DNA of 63,115 bases, counting the filler, from Octopus bimaculoides (lineage: Eukaryota), in NCBI RefSeq assembly GCF_001194135.2. It is 7 parts of 6 records of this genome, joined end to end, with 100 filler letters (N's around TTAATTAATTAA, not from the genome) between each part and the next. Parts side by side here need not be neighbours in the genome. Positions count along the whole stretch, not along the records: positions 1 to 13,320 come from NC_069004.1; 6 more parts are not named here. One strand, 5' to 3'. The notes below the pieces were generated by a model. It had not been told where the DNA came from. It ran no database searches and saw only the letters and a list, made by a program, of their open reading frames with translations. Shown in pieces: positions 1-10,804 of the stretch. The number at the start of each line of letters is the position of its first letter. Within the stretch, counting starts at the first letter, position 1. The position numbers and the translations under genes were made by a program.

Positions 1-3000
1 GTACGGAGTTCGTTCGTTGCCTCATTCGTTAGTTCTTTCGTACTTTCGTACGTTCGTTCATTAGGTCGTTCGTTCGTTTCATTCGTTCGTTCGTTTCGTC
101 CGTCCGTACGTTCGTTCGTTCTTACATTCGTTCGTACGTACGTTCGTTCGTTCAGTCATATATATGTACGTAGGAACATACGTACGTTCTGTCGTTCGTT
201 CGTTCGTTTGTTTCGTTCTTCCGTACGTACGTACGATCATTCGTTCTTTTCTTCGCACGTACGTACGTTTATTCGTTTGTTCGTACGTACGTACATTCTT
301 TCGTTCAGTCGTTCGTTCATTCTTTCGTACGTATGTTCGTTCGAGCGTACGTTCGTTAGTTTTTATTCGTTCGTTCGATATTTCCGTGCCGACGTACAAA
401 CCTACGTACGAACATTCGTTCGTCCGTTCGATCGATCTTTCTTTCGCACGTACGTACGTTCGTTCTTTCGTTCGTTTGTTCGTTCATACGTACGTTCTTT
501 CGTTCAATTCGTTCACACGTACGTACGTACATATGTACCTACTTACGTACGTTCGTTTGTTCGTTCGTACATACGTATGTTCAATTCTTTGTTCGTTCGT
601 TTTTTTTCGTACCTACGTACGTTCGTTCAATCCTTCGTTCATTCGTTCGTACGTTCGTTCGTCCGTTTCTTTGTTCGATCGTTCGTTCATTCTTCTTACG
701 TACGTAAATCCGTACATACGTACGGACGTTCGTCCGTTGCCTCGTTCGTTAGTTCTTTCATACGTACATACGTTCGTTTGTTTGTTCGTTCCTTCGTTGT
801 TACGTACGTACAGACGTATTTACGTTCGTTCGTACGTAGGTACTTATATACATACTTATGTACGTAATTACGTTCGTTCGTTCTTACGTTGTTTCTTTCG
901 TTCGTTCCTACTTACGTACGTACTTACCTTCGTTCGTTCGTACATACGTTCTTTCGTTCGTTCTTACGTTCGTAAGTACGTACGTTCATTCGTTACTTCG
1001 TTCTTTCCTTCGATCGTACGTACGCTCGTTCGTACGTTCATTCTTACGTATGCACGTACATACGTTCAATCTTTCTGTCCTTCGTTCCTTAATTTCGTTC
1101 GTTCGTACGTACGTACGTTCGTCCGCTCTTTCGATCGTTCCTATGTACGGATGTATGTACGTACGTTCGTNNNNNNNNNNNNNNNNNNNNNNNNNNNNNN
1201 NNNNNNNNNNNNNNNNNNNNNNNNNNNNNNNNNNNNNNNNNNNNNNNNNNNNNNNNNNNNNNNNNNNNNNNNNNNNNNNNNNNNNNNNNNNNNNNNNNNN
1301 NNNNNNNNNNNNNNNNNNNNNNNNNNNNNNNNNNNNNNNNNNNNNNNNNNNNNNNNNNNNNNNNNNNNNNNNNNNNNNNNNNNNNNNNNNNNNNNNNNNN
1401 NNNNNNNNNNNNNNNNNNNNNNNNNNNNNNNNNNNNNNNNNNNNNNNNNNNNNNNNNNNNNNNNNNNNNNNNNNNNNNNNNNNNNNNNNNNNNNNNNNNN
1501 NNNNNNNNNNNNNNNNNNNNNNNNNNNNNNNNNNNNNNNNNNNNNNNNNNNNNNNNNNNNNNNNNNNNNNNNNNNNNNNNNNNNNNNNNNNNNNNNNNNN
1601 NNNNNNNNNNNNNNNNNNNNNNNNNNNNNNNNNNNNNNNNNNNNNNNNNNNNNNNNNNNNNNNNNNNNNNNNNNNNNNNNNNNNNNNNNNNNNNNNNNNN
1701 NNNNNNNNNNNNNNNNNNNNNNNNNNNNNNNNNNNNNNNNNNNNNNNNNNNNNNNNNNNNNNNNNNNNNNNNNNNNNNNNNNNNNNNNNNNNNNNNNNNN
1801 NNNNNNNNNNNNNNNNNNNNNNNNNNNNNNNNNNNNNNNNNNNNNNNNCGTTCTTTCGTTCATTCGTTCGTTCTTTCGCTCGTTCGTTCATTCGTTTGTT
1901 GGTTTCGTTCTTTCGTTTGTTTCGTTCTTCCGTACGTACGTACGATTATTCGTTCGTTCGTTCCTTCGTACGTACGTACATTCTTTCGTTCAATTGTTCG
2001 TTCATTTTTTCGTACGCTTGTTCGTACGTACGTTCGTTAGTTTGTTCGGTCGTTTGTACGTACGTTCTTTCGTTCATTCGTTCGTACGTACGTACATTCG
2101 TTCGTTCGTACGTGCGTACGTTCGTTAGTTTGTTCGTTCGTTCATACGGACGTACGTACTTATGTACGTTCGTTTCTTCGTTAGTTCCTCCGTACATACG
2201 TACGTTCAATTCTTTGTTTGTTCGTTTTTTTCCGTACCTACGTACGTTCGTTCATTAGGTCGTTTGTTCGTTCGTTCGTCCGTACGTACGTTCGTTCGTA
2301 CGTACCTTCGTTCGTACTTACGTACATTCGTTCGTACATTCGTACGTACGTACGTTCGTTTGTTCGTTCATTCATACATATGTACGTACGAACATACGCA
2401 CGCTCGTTTGTTCGTTCGTACATACGTACGTTCATTTCTTTGTTCGTTTATTGTTTTTTTTTTCGTACATGCGTTCGTTATTTCAATCTTTCGCTTGCTC
2501 GTTCGTTCGTACGTACTTTCGTTTGTTCGTTCCTACGTACGTTCGTTAGTTTATTCGTTCGTTCATACGTACGTACGTACATATGTACCTACTTACGTAC
2601 GTTCGTTTCTTCGTTCGTACATACGTACGTTCAATTCTTTGTTCGTTCGTCTTTATTTCGTACCTACGTACGTTCGTTCGTTCGTACGTACGTACGTACG
2701 TTCGTACATACGTACGTACGTACCTTCTTTCGTTCATTCGTTCGTTCTTTTGTGCGTTGTTCGTTAGTTTCTTCGTTCGTTCATACGTATGTACATATGT
2801 ACCTACTTATGTACGTTCGTTTGTTCGTTCGCACATACGTACGTTCAATTCTTTGTTCGTTCGTTTTTTTTCGTACCTACGTACGTTCGTTCCTTCGTTT
2901 ATTCGTTCGTTCTTACATACGTACTTACGTACGTTAATCCGTACATACGTACGGAGTTATTTCGTAGCCTCATTCGTTAGTTCTTTCGTACTTTCGTACG

Positions 3001-4618
3001 TTCGTTCATTAGGTCGTTCGTTCGTTCTTACATTCGTTCGTACGTACGTACGTTCGTTCATTCAGTCATATATATGTACGTAGGAACATACGTACGTTCT
3101 CTCGTTCGTTCGTTCGTTCGTTCGTCCGTCCATTCTATCGTTACTTCGTTCATTCTTTGGCTCGTTCGTTCATTCGTTTGTTTGTTTCGTTCGATCATTC
3201 GTTCGTTCGTTTGTTTCGTTCTTCCGTACGTACGTACGATCATTCGTTCGTTTCTTCGCACGTACGTACGTTTGTTCGTACGTACGTACATTCTTTCGTT
3301 CAGTCGTTCGTTCATTCTTTCGTACGTATGTTCGTTCGAACGTACGTGCGTACGTTCGTTAGTTTGTTCGTTCGTTCGATATTTCGTGCCGACGTACAAA
3401 CCTACGTACGAACATTCGTTCGTCCGTTCGATCGATCTTTCTTTCGCACGTACGTACGTTCGTTCTTTCGTTCGTTCATACGTACGTTCATACGTGCGTA
3501 CGTTCGTGAGTTTGTTAATTCGTTCATACGTACGTACGTACATATGTACCTACTTACGTACGTTCGTTTGTTCGTTCGTACATACGTACGTTCAATTCTT
3601 TGTTCGTTCGTACCTACGTACGTTCGTTCATACGTTCGTTCGTCCGTTTCTTTGTTCGATTGTTCGTTCGTTCTTCTTACGTACGTAAATCCGTACATAC
3701 GTACGGACGTTCGTCCGTTAGTTCTTTCGTACGTACATACGTTCGTTCATTTGTTTGTTCGTTCCTTCGTTGTTACGTACGTACGGCCGTATTTACGTTC
3801 GTTCGTACGTAGGTACTTATATACGTACTTACGTACCTTCGTACGTACGTACGTAATTACGTTCGTTCGTTCTTACGTTCTTTCTTTCGTTCGTTCTTTC
3901 GCTCGTTCGTTCATTCGTTTGTTGGTTTCGTTCGATCGTTCGTTTGTTTCGTTCTTCCGTACGTACTTACGATCATTCGTTCGTTCGTTCCTTCTCACGT
4001 ACGTACGTTTGTTCGTTCTTTCGTACGTACGTACATTCTTTCGTTCAATCGTTCGTTCATTTTTTCGTACGTTCGTTCGTACGTACGTACGTTCTTTCGT
4101 TCATTCGTTCGTACTTACGTACATTCGTTCGTTCGTACGTGCGTACGTTCGTTAGTTTGTTCGTTCGTTCATACGTACGTTCAATTCTTTGTTTGTTCGT
4201 ACCTACGTACGTTCGTTCGTTCTTTCGTTCGTACGTACGTTCGTCCGTTTCTTTGTTCGATCGTTCGTTCGTTCTTAAATACGTACGTAAATCCGTACAT
4301 ACGTACGGACGTTCGTTCGTTGCCTCGTTCGTTAGTTCTTTCGTACGTACGTTCGTTCATTAGGTCGTTCTTTCGTTCATTCGTCCGTACGTTCGTTCGT
4401 TCATTTATATATATGTACGTGGGAACATACGTACGTTCGTTCGTAATTACGTTCTTTCTTTCGTTTATTCGTTCGTACGTACGAACTTACTTACGTACGC
4501 ACGTTCCTTCTTTCCTTCGATCATTTGTTCATACGTACGATCGTTCGTTCGTACGTACATTCGTTCCTTCGTACATACGTTTGTTCGTTCATTCATACAT
4601 ATGTACGTACGAACATAC

Positions 4619-4652
<34 letters not shown>

Positions 4653-4782
4653 TCATTTATACATATGTAAGTACGAATATACCTACGTTCGTTCGTTAGT
4701 TCGTTGATATCGTTCGTTCGCTCATCCGTACTTACGTACGTACGAGCTTACCAACGAAATGAACGAACGAAAGAACCAACGA
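1..4782. repeat. CpG-rich complex satellite built from degenerate CGTT/CGTA tetramers, with higher-order modules (gap at 1171-1848)
   Basis: Continuous CGTT/CGTA/CATT/CATA/TGTT units. Rare landmark strings recur, e.g. GCCGACGTACAAACCTACG at 388 and 3388, and AAATCCGTACATACGTACGGAC near 706, 3688 and 4290. Confidence 0.95.
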
Positions 4783-5074
4783 NNNNNNNNNNNNNNNNNN
4801 NNNNNNNNNNNNNNNNNNNNNNNNNNNNNNNNNNNNNNNNNNNNNNNNNNNNNNNNNNNNNNNNNNNNNNNNNNNNNNNNNNTTTTCCTCCATTACACGT
4901 TTCATATGTTATATAGACATGTAAGCGATTTTCTATTAGTAAAATCATCAGACAGAAAATTCATTAATAATACCAAAATATTTCCATTTTCCTGTTTTGT
5001 TATTCAGCAACTCTGTGAATAATATTATCGTAATTCTCTGTTTTAATGTGTATTAAAGGTTAGTCCATGACAGG

Positions 5075-5210
5075 GTTGTATCCATTTCAGAGAAGCAGAC
5101 TGAGGTATTGTGAAATGAAGTGTTTTGCTCAAGAGCATAATGTACAGCCAGTTCATCAGTCAAATCTAATGTCTAGCAACCATGAGTGCAACACCCTAAC
5201 CATTAGACCA
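5075..5210 (-). mobile_element. tRNA-derived SINE fragment (family D)
   Basis: The reverse complement begins GGTCTAATGGTTAGGGTGTTGCACTCATG (A-box-like) and contains TCTTGAGCAAAACACTTCATTTC. It is related to the copy at 57140-57355. Confidence 0.55.
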
Positions 5211-5569
5211 AATATCTTCATATATATGTGTGTGTGTGTGTGTGTACTCATATTTTGCCCTCCATTCTTCCCAGTGCTAACAGCCACCCCAAACCCATTG
5301 AAATAGTTCACCACAAAGAGTGCTGTAACTGTCTAAGTATAGGACCCTATCTTACAACACCTGGTGAAAAATCATCCATTTTCACCAGCAAAACACTCAG
5401 TTACTCACTGTATATATATGTATGTATATGTATGTATATATATGTATGTATATGTATGTATATATATGTATGTATATGTATATATATATGTATGTATATA
5501 CAGAGAGAGAGTTTACGTGATCGATCACATATGTGTGTGTGCATGTGTATTTTTGTGTATGTCCATTCC

Positions 5570-5745
5570 CCACTGCTTGATAACTAGTGTTTGTTTATGT
5601 CCCCCATCACTTAGCAGACTGGCAAAAAGAGCCCAACAGAATATGTACCAGATTTTAAAGTAAGTATTGGTGGGTTGATTAGCATGACTGAAACCTTTCA
5701 AGGCAGGGTCCGCAGCATGACTGCAGTCCAATGACTGAAACCGGG
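5570..5745 (+). mobile_element. SINE 3' module (family C tail) following a microsatellite
   Basis: CACTGCTTGATAAC...GGCAAAAAGAG...CAGCATGACTGCAGTC; homologous to 10225-10390 and 13590-13745. Confidence 0.65.
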
Positions 5746-6039
5746 TTTAATATAAGTTGAATTTGTTTCAAGAATGTAAAATACAAGAGGAACTAGGACC
5801 AGTCAGGGGTTGGGTTGATCAGCTGTTTCAGGCCATACTCCAATGTTACAAAAAAAAACACAAAAAAAAATACAAAAAAAAAAAAAAACCAAAAAAAAAA
5901 ACCAGATTCTTGCATATGACTTTTTTCTTTTTTTCTCTCTCTCTCTCTCTCTGGTGACAGATATTTGGGGGCAGGGGCTAGTTCAGTGTCTTGCTGCCCA
6001 ATGATACATTGGTTTCTACTGATTCACCACCATCGCAAC

Positions 6040-6260
6040 TATATTAATCACTACCTCCAACATGAAACTCCTACTAATCAACAATATTACCTCAACAAAA
6101 GCAGAACAGACTCCAGTTACAACTGTTACCTCTACTATATCAGTAACCTCTACCACCACCACCACCACCACCATCATATCACAACCTCCATCACCACCGC
6201 CATAACCGTTACTATCTTACATCCACCTCCACCGCCAACAACAACTTCAACCAATGGGGA
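6040..6260. repeat. Degenerate (CAC/CAT/TAC)n low-complexity tract
   Basis: Visible trinucleotide runs such as CACCACCACCAC. Confidence 0.8.
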
Positions 6261-6313
6261 GACTGCTATGAGGTTACAAGATCTGCTAGAAATAACAGTG
6301 CATGTATTTAACG

Positions 6314-6493
6314 TTATCGACCACACGTACTTAACGTACAGGCTCAGTGTATTTGCCGGTAGGCTGCGATTTGGCGTGGTGAACATTACTCTCGCAAAAT
6401 GCCTGGAGTAATTTGAGAGCGTCATTTCTGCCATGCCAATTCGCAGCCTACAGGCAAAATATACGAAGTATGTGCGTCAAGTGTTGTCAATAA
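6314..6493. repeat. Imperfect long palindrome (MITE-like hairpin)
   Basis: GTAGGCTGCGATTTGGCGTGG versus the reverse complement of CCATGCCAATTCGCAGCCTAC matches 19/21. The arms extend to about 65 bp with indels. Confidence 0.85.
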
Positions 6494-6865
6494 TGTTTAT
6501 TACGCTGGAGCTGCTTATAATTCGTATTTGAGTACATGTATTAGTTTGTAAGAATACCTTGGGATAAGATTTCAGTTAGTAAGATTAAAAATTTACTGAG
6601 TCTAAGTAACCAAGAGCATGAAGTGAAAGAAAAATCGAGGGCTATGACAGGACTAAGTGTCAGACAAAGAAGGGAGGGGGTGAAAGAGAGAGAGAAAATA
6701 AAGAAAATGACTCCTTAATCGATCGAGTTATTTACTTTTTTTTTTTTTTTTTTTTGCTGCTTTTGTTTTAAATCTAATTACTGGCGGTGTCCCAGCATGG
6801 CCGTGGCCTACAGGCTGCGATACATTAATAATTAATAATTTCACACACACACACTCTATCTCTAA

Positions 6866-7010
6866 TTAGAGCGTCATCCTTTAAATAAAGGGGAATCACT
6901 CTTGCAAGATCAAGTTTATAAGGGAGATAATGATGGTGTATATTATTATTTCGCTTATAAATTTGATCTTGCAAGAGTGATTCCCCTTTATTTAAAGGAA
7001 GACATTCTAA
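6866..7010. repeat. Near-perfect 145-bp palindrome
   Basis: TCCTTTAAATAAAGGGGAATCACTCTTGCAAGATCAA (6877-6913) is the exact reverse complement of 6963-6999. Pairing continues with few mismatches to a ~7-nt loop. Confidence 0.95.
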
Positions 7011-7724
7011 TGCGAGAGAGAGACGAACTGTGTGGTTATCGAATAAAGAAACCGTCGCTTGTGGCTTCAGTTGGCCAAAATTATAAATGAATATTCTACT
7101 GTATAATAAGGACATTTTTTTTCATTAACGTGCGTGTTTGTATATGAATGTGTGTGTGAGTATATGTATATATGATGGAAAATATAACTGCCTGGTATCA
7201 GTAACGTCCAAGCAAAGCAATGTACATACTGAAGGGGAAATAGAAACACAATCATCTGAGACAGAATTTTTCAGAAAAAAAAAAATTGATAAACTAATGA
7301 TAATCAATACTTATTGTTAAAATGTATAAATAAATTTTGCAAGTCGGTTTTTAATAAATAAAATCTTTAAAAATATTATAAAGTATTTAATATTTCCGTT
7401 TTTTTCTAATCGATAATGTTTTGATTTTTTAAAAATATATATATATATGTATGTATTCTTTAAAAATTGTAAATATTTATAAATATAAATGTAAAAAAAC
7501 GATACTTACATACACAATCAGGACGCCTACATAAATTGGATTTTCTGTTTTGATTGGGGATTTTCCCCATATTTAAGGAAAAATTTGTTTTGAAAATTCA
7601 TGATTTTGTTTTTCACTTCACCAACACTCCAGACCGATTTTGGCCAACTTTCTTGGCAGTGCGCACTAAAAAGCAACAGAAGCTTTTACAGTTTTTAAGG
7701 TGCAAAAAAAAAAAAAAAGTAAAT

Positions 7725-7870
7725 CTGCCCAGCTGTGTGGTAAGTAGCTTGCTTCCCAACCATATGGTTCCAGGTTCATTCCCACTGTGTGGCACCTTGG
7801 GTAAGTGTCTTCTACTATAGCCTCAGGCCGACCAAAGCCTTACAAGGAGATTTAGTAGACAGAAACTGAA
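7725..7870 (+). mobile_element. tRNA-derived SINE head (family C)
   Basis: GCTGTGTGGTAAGTAGCTTGCTTCCCAACCA...GGTTCATTCC...CACCTTGGGTAAGTGTCTTCTACTATAGCC; same family as 8231-8375 and 21225-21383. Confidence 0.85.
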
Positions 7871-8230
7871 ATTTGGTAGATGTGTATGTATATATTTATA
7901 GGCGTAGGAGTGGCTGTGTACATGAGATGGAAGCCTGTGGCGAGGAAGCTGGGAGTGTTTGGCACCAGGTAAGTGGAAGCCAAAAACAAGGGAAAGAAAA
8001 CGCAAGGGGTCTACCCTGGTGGTCGGATGCCTATCCTTTAGGAAAGCCATTACAAATTGCATCTGTAATGCGCAATGCTTTAATCGAACATGGTAAATAT
8101 AATCAAATTATTATTGTATATTTAAAATTGTAAATATTTAATCGATACAACTACTTCACCCCTTTTATGTTTGTCTGTCCTTGTTTGTCCCCTCTTTGTA
8201 ATGCCTTTATGGCAAATATTTATGAAATAA

Positions 8231-8375
8231 AGTAGCTTGCTTACCAACCACATGGTTCCGGGTTCAGTCCCACTGCCTGACACCTTGGGCAAGTGTCTTC
8301 TACTATAGCCTCGGGCTGACCAAAGCCTTGTGAGTGGATTTGGTAGACGGAAACAGAAAGAAGCCTGTCGTATAT
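8231..8375 (+). mobile_element. tRNA-derived SINE head (family C)
   Basis: AGTAGCTTGCTTACCAACCACATGGTTCCGGGTTCAGTCCCACTG...CACCTTGGGCAAGTGTC; B-box-like GGTTCAGTCC. Confidence 0.85.
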
Positions 8376-8639
8376 ATGTGTGAGTATATATATATATATA
8401 TATATGTATGTTTGTGCGTNNNNNNNNNNNNNNNNNNNNNNNNNNNNNNNNNNNNNNNNNNNNNNNNNNNNNNNNNNNNNNNNNNNNNNNNNNNNNNNNN
8501 NNNNNNNNNNNNNNNNNNNNNNNNNNNNNNNNNNNNNNNNNNNNNNNNNNNNNNNNNNNNNNNNNNNNNNNNNNNNNNNNNNNNNNNNNNNNNNNNNNNN
8601 NNNNNNNNNNNNNCTTATATATATATGCACGTGAGTCGT

Positions 8640-9600
8640 CTCGGAGACCATAAATCAGGAAAAAGATGCACTCGTGTATCTGTCAGTAGAGTGGGTACAT
8701 TATCCGAAATGGATAGTATTAAATATCCATCGTGGCTGATCTTACTAATAGGTTTCGCATACGATAGCACTAGCCAGGAGGCCAGAGATACAGCTTGTAA
8801 ACTAGGCATAGAAGATAGGGCAGAGACGCTGGCGAAGAAAGAGACCTTCATAATAATCAAGGGTCCTAAGCTTAACTTTGTCTCTAAACCCAAATGCAGG
8901 CTGATAAACCCGGTGAAATCTGAGATCGGACAAGTGAGCAAACAGCTCATCAAGAAGATCAGTAACAGCGTTAGAAACGCCTCTGACCTTTCCCTGTGGC
9001 TTAACACCAATAAAGTCATTATATGGTTTAAAGCCAACAGAAGTAGAGGTAGAGCTAGGTTTACCCAATTTGATATAGTGGACTGCTACACATTTATATC
9101 AAGGGAGCTCCTGTTAAAGGCACTGAACTTCACTAGGACCTGTTACTGAAGGCAATGGCAAGAACATATGCATTATAATGCACACCAGAAGAACCCTACC
9201 AAATGCATTGACCCAGAGGGGTCCTTCGACATGGCAATGGGTGCTTTTGACCTAGTCAGTCTCTTCATGCTAGATATACTAAAAAAGAAATACTCTTCAA
9301 CTAACTTTGACCTCTACAGGGACAACGCGGTGGCAATATCAAGAGGAGCTAACGGCCAAGCGCTAGATAGACTCAGAGAGGACCTCACCAGTTCCATGAT
9401 CTCCTTCGGACCTGAAGGTCACTATAGAGACCAACCTGAAAACAGTAGATTTCCTTGACGTGGCCCTGGACTTGGAAACAGGTGCCTATAGGCCCTTTAG
9501 GAAGCCAAAGGAGAAGTTGTCTGACATTAACATAAGTTCCTGCCATAGTGTTCAAGTATCTGATTTAGGTCGTTAGCAGGAGAATCTCCAGCTTGTCATG
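8640..9600 (+). pseudogene. Penelope-like retroelement reverse transcriptase, degenerate
   Basis: Translation gives KCRLINPVKSEIG..SKQL, FTQFDIVDCY..IS.ELLLKALNF, FDMAMGAFD, LYRDN and LKVTIETNLKTVDFLDV, which are PLE RT motifs split by stops and frameshifts. Confidence 0.85.
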
Positions 9601-9806
9601 AGGCACACCCCATCCCCACAGGAGCACCACATTAATAATACACACTTTCCGCACTTCAAGACAACTCTTGTCAGCTTCACAGCATACCCAGCTAAGGGAC
9701 ATAACTCCTAGACTAATCCCTTGATTCCTTTTCTCAGCAGCTGCTGATCAGTTGTGCTAATTCACCTCCGACAATAGAGAGTAGTCGCCATATTCCCTTT
9801 CATATC

Positions 9807-9896
9807 GCTAATCCTGATGAGAATAAAGTTATATAATTGATTTGTTACGTAACATTCCATTGTAGTCTTTACGTGAAATCAATTGGTAAGATCAGC
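9807..9896 (+). ncRNA. Degenerate type I hammerhead ribozyme-like motif downstream of the PLE RT
   Basis: GCUAAUC-CUGAUGA...GAAA-UC-AAUU-GG-UAA-GAUCAGC. Stem I pairs 6/7, there is one extra A at the cleavage site and stem II is weak. Confidence 0.4.
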
Positions 9897-9927
9897 CATG
9901 GTGAATATTTAATACTATACAATTCGG

Positions 9928-9970
<43 letters not shown>

Positions 9971-10224
9971 CAAATAAGTATATGCATATATATGTACAGG
10001 TATGTGCATACCTACGTCTAGGTGCATATCTAGGTACAGGACATGGCAAACAAAACGTAGACAAAAAAATGATAATAACCAGAGTACAGAACACACACAG
10101 GCCACATAGAGAACATTTTCCTTCATCAGCTACCTCCATTCTAACTGGCGTTTCAAAGAGTAGGGCAGGATGCATCGTTAAAATATATATATATGTATGT
10201 ATACGCTATGTGTGTGTGTCATTG

Positions 10225-10390
10225 TGTCTGTGCTTGTCACTCCATCATCGCTTGACAACTGGTGTTGGTGTGTTTATATCCCTGTAACTTAGATTGGCAA
10301 AAAAGACTGATAGAATAAGTACTAGGCTTAAAAAAAAAAAGTTCTGGGGTCGATTTGTTTGATTAAGATTGTTCAAGGCGGTGCTCCACT
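10225..10390 (+). mobile_element. SINE 3' module (family C tail)
   Basis: CATCGCTTGACAACTGGTGTTGGTGTGTTT...GATAGAATAAGTACTAGGCTT...GGGGTCGATTTG...AAGGCGGTGCTCC. Confidence 0.75.
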
Positions 10391-10763
10391 ATTAAAATTT
10401 ACTGAAAAGCATCAATGAATGTGAGTGATAGAAAAGGAAGGTAGTCATGGGATGTGCTAGAAATAACTACCAAATCTCCCTTAAATCACACCTTTTTGTC
10501 TGAAAATATCTATAAAAAGTTCCTCCCATAGTTTTTAAATATGTAGTGCCCTCCCATTGCTTTTAAGTATGTCGTGCCGAAAATGTTGGCCAAAATTGGT
10601 CCAGGGCTGGGGAAGTGAGATGAAAACAAATTCATGAATTTTCAGAAGTCTTTTTTCATAAAAAATATGTCCCTCATCATTTCAAAGGCTGTGGTGAAAA
10701 AGAAAAATTGGAAAAATCCACATCAAAATTAACAAAATTCAACTTACGTGGGCATCTTGATCT

Positions 10764-10801
<38 letters not shown>

Positions 10802-10804
<3 letters not shown>

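Noticed and set aside
79-4707. Many long ORFs (up to 654 aa) rich in RSFV/RTYV
   Set aside because: They are translations of the CGTT/CGTA satellite, which rarely forms stop codons, and several run through N gaps.
5757-5905. Short ORF followed by an A-rich tract; minus strand has GGCCU-GAAAC-AGCU-G, a half hammerhead
   Set aside because: The peptide is not recognised, the CUGANGA half is absent and there is no NUH site, so neither a retrocopy nor a ribozyme can be supported.
7920-7975. MEACGEEAGSVWHQ followed by GTAAGT, a possible exon
   Set aside because: It lies between a SINE start and Tx1-like 3' sequence, with no acceptor or homology recognised.
10095-10135. CUGAUGAAGG motif on the minus strand (similar at ~42245)
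   Set aside because: No downstream GAAA or stem III could be found.
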